From: Treponema sp.
GTDB lineage: Bacteria; Spirochaetota; Spirochaetia; Treponematales; Breznakiellaceae
Length of the DNA stretch: 64,000 bases
Direction of reading: 5' to 3'
Assembly (NCBI GenBank): GCA_031257105.1
Contig: JAIRPG010000048.1
Location: 2,684-66,683 of the forward strand
Part shown: positions 8,589-15,900 of the stretch, in pieces
How positions within the stretch are numbered: position 1 is the stretch's first letter
Layout: each line of letters opens with the position of its first letter
The notes under the pieces: model-generated
Seen by the model: only the letters and a program-made list of their open reading frames with translations
What the model was told of the DNA's origin: nothing
Databases searched by the model: none
Position numbers and translations under genes: made by a program

Positions 8589-9193
8589 AAGAACTTACGA
8601 TACGGCAGCAAGAGGTGCTGAACTTTATTACCGATCATATTAATATTCACTCGTATCCTCCGACAATTCGGGAGATTGCCGATCATTTCTCTATTTCGGT
8701 TAAAGGCGCCCATGATCATGTCGCCGCTTTGAAGCGGAAAGAACGAATCCGTGGGGTAAATAAGCGTTCCCGCGCGATAGAAATTGTAAAGGCCGGGGAA
8801 ATGGAAATTTTCGGGGACTTCCTGGCGATTCCGGTTCTCGGTACGGTAGCCGCGGGGCTGCCTATCCTGGCGGAACAAAACTGGGACGGTTTTGTCCATG
8901 TCCACCGGGAACATCTCTCGAAGAACGCCCAGTATTTCGCCCTCACGATTCGGGGGGATTCTATGCGGGACGCGGGGATCATAGATGGGGATACGGTCAT
9001 TGTGCAAAAACAGGATACGGTCAACAATGGAGAAATCGCCGTTGTGATGGTAGACGATGCCATGACCGTTAAACGGTACTATAAAGAGCGGAACCATATA
9101 CGGCTCCAGCCGGAAAATCAAGACTTTCAGCCTATTTTCAGCCAAAAAGTTCGGATTCAAGGCCGGGTTGTTCATGTTTTTCGAAATTATTAA
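8585..9193 (+). CDS. lexA: LexA repressor
   Basis: N-terminal winged HTH (LTIRQQEVLNFI...PTIREIA), cleavage site VAAG, catalytic Ser (GDSMRDAGI) and Lys (VKRY). The ATGA overlaps the upstream regulator gene. Confidence 0.9.
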   Translation: MKELTIRQQEVLNFITDHINIHSYPPTIREIADHFSISVKGAHDHVAALKRKERIRGVNKRSRAIEIVKAGEMEIFGDFLAIPVLGTVAAGLPILAEQNWDGFVHVHREHLSKNAQYFALTIRGDSMRDAGIIDGDTVIVQKQDTVNNGEIAVVMVDDAMTVKRYYKERNHIRLQPENQDFQPIFSQKVRIQGRVVHVFRNY

Positions 9194-9202
9194 CCGGTAA
9201 TC

Positions 9203-10162
9203 ATGGCAAAAGGTTGTTCGTATCTCTTTTTAGGGCCTGAACTCGGCGAAAAACAAGATGCCGTCGGCGAATTAAGGGAAAATCTCCGCGCTTCGGGCGG
9301 AACCTTGGAAGAAACTACCTTCTATGCCGGGGAGACGGCGGTTTCGGAGATGGTTTCTCAGTTGCGGAACGGTTCTCTGTTCTCGGATACCCGGCTTTTT
9401 TTTATCAAAAACGCGGAACTCATCAAGAAAAAAGAAGATGCGGAACTCCTGGCCTCGTATCTGGAATCTCCCCAGGCCGATACTTTTTTGGTGTTAATCT
9501 CCGATGGGAACAGCGTGGACAAGCGTCTGGAAAAACCTATTCCCGGCGGCGCGAAACGGATCTTCTGGGAGCTTTTTGAAAACCGCAAGCATGACTGGGT
9601 CGCGTCTTTTTTCCGGCGGGAAGGCCGCCGGGTGAGCGAAGAGGGCATTGAAGCGATCCTGGAGCTGGTGGAAAACAACACCGACGCGCTCCGCCGGGAG
9701 TGTACCCGGCTCATGCTGTTTCTGGGCGAAGGCGCAACCGCCTCCGCGGAGGATGTGGAAACCTGGCTGTCCCACACAAGGGAAGAATCGGCGTTTACCC
9801 TTTTTTCCCGTATCGCCGCCGGAGACCTCTCCAAAAGCCTGGAAACCCTTCACGCGCTTTTGGGCGCGAAAGAGCCCCCCCAGGCAATACTGGCGGGGCT
9901 GGCTTGGTGTTTCAGAAAGCTTCGGGATTACCTCGGCGTGGTGAATTCCGGTAACGCCAATGATTTTGAGTTTAAAAAAATAGGCTTGGCGTCCACCCGG
10001 GTACGGAAAGACTATGAATCAGCCGCCCGGCTCTACGGCGATCCGGGACGTTGCCTCAGCCTTATCGCCCGGTTCGACACCCTTATCCGCTCATCAGGTT
10101 CCGCGCTGGAATCGACGCTCATGGATCTCTTTTTGTACCATATCATTAGATTCCCTCGATAA
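9203..10162 (+). CDS. holA: DNA polymerase III subunit delta
   Basis: 319 aa with YLFLGPE...LFFIKNAE... and an overall delta-subunit-like pattern. It starts 9 nt after lexA. Confidence 0.75.
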   Translation: MAKGCSYLFLGPELGEKQDAVGELRENLRASGGTLEETTFYAGETAVSEMVSQLRNGSLFSDTRLFFIKNAELIKKKEDAELLASYLESPQADTFLVLISDGNSVDKRLEKPIPGGAKRIFWELFENRKHDWVASFFRREGRRVSEEGIEAILELVENNTDALRRECTRLMLFLGEGATASAEDVETWLSHTREESAFTLFSRIAAGDLSKSLETLHALLGAKEPPQAILAGLAWCFRKLRDYLGVVNSGNANDFEFKKIGLASTRVRKDYESAARLYGDPGRCLSLIARFDTLIRSSGSALESTLMDLFLYHIIRFPR

Positions 10163-10198
10163 TCCGGCAACATACGGAGCGTTTTTTCACAAGAAAGC

Positions 10199-10237
10199 GC
10201 GGGTATTGCGGCCTTTGAGCTGCAATACCCGCTTTTC
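10199..10237. terminator. hairpin terminator between convergent holA and rlpA
   Basis: 11-bp perfect stem GCGGGTATTGC / GCAATACCCGC (10199-10209 and 10222-10232) followed by TTTT on the plus strand. An A-rich tract upstream allows weak bidirectional use. Confidence 0.65.
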
Positions 10238-10245
10238 CGTGAGGG

Positions 10246-11148
10246 TTACCGTTCCTCCTTGATATAGAGTTCCGGGAAGCCCGCCGCGCCGAGCCGTACC
10301 GCCAGCGCGCTCATATCCGCGGCCCGGATTCCGGGGATCACAACCCGGATATAGTTTTCGAACCGTTCATATCCCGCGGTAAAGCCAAGGTTCCTTACCC
10401 GTTCCAGGGCGGCCTGCGCGTGCAAGGGGTAGATAAAGGAACCAACCTGCACCCGGTAGATTGAGGAACTCGCCGGATCGGGCATCCGGGGGAGGACGCG
10501 CGCCGCGCCGGCCTGGGGGACAGGGGCGGGCGCCGGTTCAGGCTGCTGATATACCGGCGCAGCGGGCGCGGGAGCCGCCTGCACGGTCTCTTTAGAATGA
10601 ATCGTAATGGTAATATTGGTAACGCTGCTGCCTCTTACTACCGGCGCGGGAGCGGGCGCGGGCGTCGGTTCCGGTGCGGGAGCAGGAGCGGGAGCAGGCG
10701 TCGGTTCTGGTTCCGGTTCAGGCGCGGGAGCAGGAGTAGGAGCGGGCGTCGGTTCCGGTTCAGGCGTGGGAGCAGGAGTAGGCGCGGCGGGTTCCTCCGC
10801 GGTTTCCCTGCCGGAACGCAGCACTTCTATCCGTACGCGGGTTGAACCGGTATCGTTCATGCCGATTTGTTTCGCGGGCCCCTCGGCCATATCGATAATC
10901 CGGGTCGATGAAGAGGCAATACGATTCGTAATAGTGACAACGACCGACTTATTGTTTTCGAGGTTGGTCACCTGGGCGCGGGTACCAAATGGCAGTGTCG
11001 CGTGAGAAGCGGCTAAACTTGTCGAAGTCGTTTTATACCAGGTGCCATTACCCGTTTGCGGCGCTTGAACCTGAGCGGCGCAGACCGCCGCGAAGATCAA
11101 CATGAAACACAATACGAACAGTATACGTTTCCTCATTCTCATTCTCAT
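10246..11148 (-). CDS. rlpA: septal-ring lytic transglycosylase RlpA-family protein (DPBB domain, Pro-rich linker, SPOR domain)
   Basis: Signal peptide, then a DPBB core (ASHATLPFGTRAQVTNLENNKSVVVTITNR). This is followed by about 50 aa of (P-A/T/E) repeats and a C-terminal SPOR-like YRVQVGSF...LGF. The true start may be the 2nd or 3rd ATG of MRMRMR. Confidence 0.8.
   Translation of the reverse strand: MRMRMRKRILFVLCFMLIFAAVCAAQVQAPQTGNGTWYKTTSTSLAASHATLPFGTRAQVTNLENNKSVVVTITNRIASSSTRIIDMAEGPAKQIGMNDTGSTRVRIEVLRSGRETAEEPAAPTPAPTPEPEPTPAPTPAPAPEPEPEPTPAPAPAPAPEPTPAPAPAPVVRGSSVTNITITIHSKETVQAAPAPAAPVYQQPEPAPAPVPQAGAARVLPRMPDPASSSIYRVQVGSFIYPLHAQAALERVRNLGFTAGYERFENYIRVVIPGIRAADMSALAVRLGAAGFPELYIKEER
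10642..10791 (-). repeat. in-frame Pro/Ala/Thr/Glu low-complexity repeat (linker of RlpA)
   Basis: Encodes PAAPTPAPTPEPEPTPAPTPAPAPEPEPEPTPAPAPAPAPEPTPAPAPAP. The DNA is a degenerate 6/12-nt periodic repeat. Confidence 0.8.
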
Positions 11149-11572
11149 TCTCCTCTAGATGTTCCCCGTCCTTTTGCTAGAAAAATGACGGGCGCTTTTT
11201 TATTTCCCCCTCCCAAAAAATAAGGAGGTTTACCCATGCGGGTTTTTCGCGTTATAAACTGGATTCCAGAAAATTCCGGACAGAGCGGTATGCGCCGCAG
11301 CCGGCTTGATAATCCAGATAGATGAAACGGAAGAGGATATGAGGCACGATCGGTTTTTTGCCGAGGCGTTTGAGCGGCGCGGTGAACCGTATAGATTATG
11401 CTAGAACGGCATACGGTTAGTATGCGGTTATTCATGTTCCCCTCCCAAGAAACAATCGTTATGCTTTAGTATCGGAAGAAACGTACTTTAATATAGGAAA
11501 ATATGATACGGTATAATAGAAATTCATTATAGTAGGCTGCCCATTAAAACAGACACTCATTGGAGGTAACCG

Positions 11573-12385
11573 GTGCGGTCCATAAGCGAAATGACCAAAA
11601 GCGAGGCGAAGCGCGTTCGATTTGTCCTTACGGATATTGACGACACGTTGACCAAAAAAGGCAAACTTACGGCGGCGGCGTATTCGGCGCTCTGGGAACT
11701 GAGGGAAGCGGGACTCGCCGTTGTACCGGTTACGGGACGGCCCGCCGGCTGGTGCGATTGTATCGTCAGGGAATGGCCGGTGGACGGCGTAATAGGCGAA
11801 AACGGCGCGCTGGCCTTTTGGGAAGAACCGGCGGATACCGCCGCGCCTGAGCCGGACAGGCTTCCTATCCTCAAAACGGAATACCATCCCTCCGCAATCA
11901 GAAACGATCATCCTCTGCTGGCGCGGATCAGGGAAAAGGCCTTGTCGGAAGTTCCGGGACTGCGAGTGGCCAAAGATCAATTTGCCCGGCTTTTCGACAT
12001 CGCCCTGGACTTTGCCGAGGAGGAACCGGCGCTGCCCCTGGAAGCGGCGGAACGGGCCAGGGCCATAGCCGCTGAAGCGGGAGCCATGGCGAAGATTTCC
12101 TCTATACATGTCAATATTTGGCTGGGAAACTACGATAAGCTTTCCATGGCGTACTATTTCTTGCATCACCGTTTTGGAGAGTTCGATAAGCGGGAAGTGG
12201 TCTTTGTGGGGGACTCCCCGAATGATGCGCCCATGTTTACCCATTTTCCCCTGGCCTGCGCTGTGGCGAATATCCACCGCTATCAGGGCATGATAAAGCC
12301 TATGCCCGCCTTTGTCGCTTCGCGGGAGTGCGGAGAAGGCTTTGCCGAAATCGTGGAGACGATTTTAGGAAAGCGGAAGGGGTAA
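11573..12385 (+). CDS. HAD-IIB family hydrolase (sugar-phosphate phosphatase-like)
   Basis: The DxD motif VLTDIDDTLT, VTGRPAGW and FVGDSPNDAPMF are HAD motifs I, II and IV. GTG start preceded by GGAGG. Confidence 0.75.
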   Translation: MRSISEMTKSEAKRVRFVLTDIDDTLTKKGKLTAAAYSALWELREAGLAVVPVTGRPAGWCDCIVREWPVDGVIGENGALAFWEEPADTAAPEPDRLPILKTEYHPSAIRNDHPLLARIREKALSEVPGLRVAKDQFARLFDIALDFAEEEPALPLEAAERARAIAAEAGAMAKISSIHVNIWLGNYDKLSMAYYFLHHRFGEFDKREVVFVGDSPNDAPMFTHFPLACAVANIHRYQGMIKPMPAFVASRECGEGFAEIVETILGKRKG

Positions 12386-12423
12386 GCCTTTACAGAATCC
12401 CTCCTTTTCCGTATCTTTAAGGT

Positions 12424-13552
12424 ATGCTTTTATCCGAATTAGGAGCCCCAATCGCCGGATTGAGGGCGCAAATCGAAGACGCCTGGAGGCGTCTTTGACT
12501 GTCCAGGTTCAGGGCGCGTTTCCTTTGGCCTGCGTATCGCGGAATTAGAAAAACAAGCCGGAACGGAGAATTTCTGGAACGATCCTCCCGCCGCGGAAAA
12601 GCTCATGGCGGAACTCAAGAGCCTTAAAAATCGTTATGAGCCCTGGAAAAACCTCGCGCTCGGCATTGAAGATCTCCAAACGCTCTACGAACTGGCTCTC
12701 GAGGCCCAGGATGAATCGGAAAGCCCGGAAATCGAGGCTTCGCTCAAAGAACTCCAGAGCCGGTACGAGAAACAGAATGTGCTGGAACTGATGGGCGGAG
12801 AAGTGGACAAGAACGGCTGTTTCCTTACGATCCATTCGGGAGCGGGGGGAACCGAGGCCTGCGACTGGTCGGGGATGCTCTACCGGATGTACCTCCGCTG
12901 GGCTGAACGGAAGGGCTTTTCCATCGAGGAAGTAGACCGCCTGGAAGCCGAAGGGGGGATCAAGTCCGCCACGTGCCGGATCGAGGGAGCTTACGCCTAC
13001 GGCTATCTCAAAGGCGAAAGCGGGGTACACCGGCTGGTACGGATTTCTCCCTTTGACGCCAATGCCCGGCGGCATACTTCCTTCGCGTCGGCGTATGTGT
13101 TTCCCGTGTTAGACGATTCTATTGAGGTGGAGATCCGGAGCGAAGATCTCCGGGTAGACACCTACCGCTCAGGCGGCGCCGGGGGTCAGCATGTAAACAA
13201 AACCGACAGCGCCGTGCGGTTTACCCACCTGCCCACGGGAATCGTGGTCGCCTGCCAAAGCGAGCGCAGCCAGACGATGAACCGGGCTACCGCTATGAGT
13301 ATGCTCAGGGCCCGGCTCTACGAGTATTACCGGCAGGAGAAAGAAAAAGAAAACGAGAAGTTTGCCCAAGAGAAAAAAGATATTTCTTGGGGGAATCAGA
13401 TCCGGTCTTACGTCTTCCAGCCGTATACCATGGTCAAAGATTACCGGACCAAGACGGAGATAGGGAATATTCAAGCGGTCATGGACGGTGAAATCGATCC
13501 CTTTATCGAAGAATACCTCCGTTTCGCTTGGAACAACGCCCATGCGTTATAG
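12424..13552 (+). CDS. prfB: peptide chain release factor 2 (requires programmed +1 frameshift at 12493-12499)
   Basis: Frame 0 reads MLLSELGAPIAGLRAQIEDAWRRL then TGA. The +1 frame continues DCPGSGRVSFGLRIAELEKQAGTENFWNDP and joins the 315-aa ORF, which carries SPF and the GGQ motif (GGAGGQHVNKTDSAVR). Confidence 0.9.
12485..12499 (+). other. prfB +1 frameshift cassette: internal SD-like GGAGG, 3-nt spacer, CTT TGA C
   Basis: Sequence tGGAGGcgtCTTTGAC read directly. CTT 12493-12495, TGA 12496-12498, C 12499. Confidence 0.85.
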
Positions 13553-14999
13553 GTATCTGGGGTTTCTTACCGTTGGCCTGTTCTTTTTTGGGGAAATTTT
13601 CCCGGTCTATGCCGGCGGAAAGATCGAAGAAACGCCGGAAACTCCCCTCAACGCGGAATGGGTCTTCTGCGTTACCGCATTTGACGTATCGGCCCTTCCC
13701 CCTTCCCGGCAGCTTATCGGAGAAGTAATGGCGGCGAATCTGGTTCAGTCCCTGGGCAAAGTGGAACGCCGGGTACGGGTTTCCCCTGAATACGCCTATT
13801 ACGAGGGCGTCGCCATGTCCAAGGCCCGTTTGGACGCCGGAAAAAAGCTTCAAGCGAAGCGGGACGAGCGGGATATGCTTGTTTTCAGTGGGAATCCTGA
13901 TTGGAAGTACCGGCGTGACCGAGCCGCCCTTGACCAAGAGATCCTCAAGCTGGAAGAAGCGTACCGGAAGGCGGAGTCCGCCGTCCCGCCGATAGAAACG
14001 AAGCCGGTCTTCACGCCCGCCGCCGCTAACCGGGAAGGGAAGTATCCCCCGGCACCGGCGGAAGGCGGCGAATACTATTTTTGCGCCGCCCAAAAAGCCG
14101 ACGCCTTTCTCACCGCCGAGGTATCGGAATTTCATGGCCGCGTGTACCTTACGCTGCGGATCTATAACCTGTACACCCGTTCATACCGGTACGAAGACAG
14201 CACGATCTTCTCCCTCGACGATATTATCCCCGCCATGGATGAACTGGCGGAACGCATTACCGCCGTTGTGGCCGGTTCGCTCCCCGCGGCGGTTCTTGTC
14301 CACGCCGTCCCTGAGGATTCCCTGGTGCTGATCAACCGCGACTTCGCCGGGCGGGGCGAAACGGGGATAGTGGAACGCTCCTCAGGTGAGGTTGAAATCG
14401 CGGTGTCCGCGCCGGATCACCGTTCCGTTACCGTACCTTTGGAATTGGCCGGCGGCGAATTAACGGAAATCTTTGTCAACCTAGAGCCGCTGCCCAAGAA
14501 CAGTTTTACGGTGGACATTCCCGGCAAGCCGGGCAGCATCCTTTACCGGGGTTCCCTGTATGCGGGGGAAACGCCCTTCAGCCTCGATCTGCTCCACGGA
14601 GAGGCCGAATACATCGACGTAAGAACCCCCGACGGGGAAACCGGCGGCGCGATAATCCGGAGCGGCGAAACAAGGCCCCAGATAACGATGACCGTATCCA
14701 TGCCCACGGGAGAAAAGGAAGTTACCCGTTTTAGGCGGGGTTTTTACGGCGCTTACGGCAGGTTTTGGCTCGCCCTGCCGGTAGCGTTTCTGGTTAACGG
14801 TATTTATACCCTGTATCGAGACACCTATGTGCGTCCGGAAGCATTGCCGACCCTCGAATTATACAACCGGGCCGTTACCCTGTACTATGTCAACATGGGC
14901 GCTACCGCCTTAGCCGCCGGTTTTCTGGCGGAAAGCCTGTTCAGGATGTACCGGTATGCGTACATATCAGGTAAAAATCAACCGAACATCGCAAAATAA
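13542..14999 (+). CDS. secreted/membrane-anchored PEGA-like domain protein (hypothetical)
   Basis: Signal-like N-terminus MRYRYLGFLTVGLFFFGEIFPVYAG, coiled region, two PEGA-like segments (LVLINRDFAGRGETG; ILYRGSLYAGETPFSLDL) and C-terminal TM helices. ATG 13542 overlaps the prfB stop by 11 nt. Confidence 0.6.
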   Translation: MRYRYLGFLTVGLFFFGEIFPVYAGGKIEETPETPLNAEWVFCVTAFDVSALPPSRQLIGEVMAANLVQSLGKVERRVRVSPEYAYYEGVAMSKARLDAGKKLQAKRDERDMLVFSGNPDWKYRRDRAALDQEILKLEEAYRKAESAVPPIETKPVFTPAAANREGKYPPAPAEGGEYYFCAAQKADAFLTAEVSEFHGRVYLTLRIYNLYTRSYRYEDSTIFSLDDIIPAMDELAERITAVVAGSLPAAVLVHAVPEDSLVLINRDFAGRGETGIVERSSGEVEIAVSAPDHRSVTVPLELAGGELTEIFVNLEPLPKNSFTVDIPGKPGSILYRGSLYAGETPFSLDLLHGEAEYIDVRTPDGETGGAIIRSGETRPQITMTVSMPTGEKEVTRFRRGFYGAYGRFWLALPVAFLVNGIYTLYRDTYVRPEALPTLELYNRAVTLYYVNMGATALAAGFLAESLFRMYRYAYISGKNQPNIAK

Positions 15000-15015
15000 A
15001 TGAGAGGAAGAGAAT

Positions 15016-15900
15016 ATGGGCGTGAGCGGGTTCAAAGACAAAATACGGAATTTTTTCGGCCTTCAAACCAAGGTTTCGGAAGAACTTTTTGAAGATCTCT
15101 CGGATCTGCTGGTAGAAGGCGATTTCGGCGCCGCCGAAGCATATACGGCGGTAGAGCGGCTTCGGGAGCGCTGTAAAAAAGAACGGATATCCGCTCCCGG
15201 CGATGTCCGCCGCGCCTTGGCCGCTTTGCTGGAAGAATATCTGGAGCGGAGCGTCCCCGGCTTTGTCCCTCAAGAAGGGCGCCTCGAGGTCATCCTCCTT
15301 TTGGGGGTGAACGGGGTGGGAAAGACCACTACCGCCGCCAAGCTGGCAGGTCTCTGCCGGAACGCCTACCGCCGCAAGCCCATCCTTGCCGCGGCGGATA
15401 CCTTCCGGGCCGCCGCAGTGGATCAGCTCAAGATCCACGGGGAACGGCTGGGGCTGCGGGTGATAGCCCATAAACAGGGAGGCGATCCCGCCGCAGTGGT
15501 CTACGATGCCCTCGAAGCCGCCCACGCCGGGGGCGGCGACCTGATCATCGCCGATACCGCGGGACGGATGCACACCAAGACGGCTCTGGTGGAAGAGCTC
15601 AAAAAGATAGACCGGGTGGTAGAATCCAAAGCCTCAGACGCGCGCTATTCAAAATGGCTGGTACTGGACGCCACTACCGGGCGGAACGCCGTGGCGCAGG
15701 CGGAAATTTTTCATCAAGCGGTCAAACTGGACGGCGTTATTCTTACCAAGTTCGATTCCACCGCCCGGGGGGGAGTGGTTTTTTCCCTCGCGGAAACGCT
15801 GAAACTACCGGTTATCTTCATCTGCGATGGTGAAGGATATGAACACATCAAACCCTTTGATCCCCATCGGTACGCGATGGACTTTGCCGGCCTTGACTAA
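15016..15900 (+). CDS. ftsY: signal recognition particle receptor FtsY (short form, NG domain only)
   Basis: GVNGVGKTTTAAKLA, DTAGR, TKFDSTARGG and PVIFICDGEGYEHI are SRP GTPase motifs. Confidence 0.9.
   Translation: MGVSGFKDKIRNFFGLQTKVSEELFEDLSDLLVEGDFGAAEAYTAVERLRERCKKERISAPGDVRRALAALLEEYLERSVPGFVPQEGRLEVILLLGVNGVGKTTTAAKLAGLCRNAYRRKPILAAADTFRAAAVDQLKIHGERLGLRVIAHKQGGDPAAVVYDALEAAHAGGGDLIIADTAGRMHTKTALVEELKKIDRVVESKASDARYSKWLVLDATTGRNAVAQAEIFHQAVKLDGVILTKFDSTARGGVVFSLAETLKLPVIFICDGEGYEHIKPFDPHRYAMDFAGLD

Noticed and set aside
8400-8590. SOS-box-like sequences upstream of lexA (for example CTGAATATGAATTACG and TTCGAAAAAACGTAT).
   Set aside because: They are not palindromic and do not fit the CTGT-N8-ACAG, CGAAC-N4-GTTCG or TTTG-N5-CAAA patterns.
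11145-11435. 96-aa minus-strand ORF with a strong GGGAGGGG ribosome-binding site and an ATGA overlap with the rlpA start.
   Set aside because: The composition (R/S/P/L-rich) and many rare codons for this genome (ATA, CTA, AGA, TCT) look non-coding. It is kept only as part of the flagged intergenic-region finding, not called as a gene.
11149-11440. c-di-AMP (ydaO-type) or other known riboswitch upstream of rlpA.
   Set aside because: Only vague resemblances are present (GGTGAACC, ACGGGGA). The conserved CAGCUAACC-type segment I recall is absent on both strands. This needs an Infernal scan to be sure.
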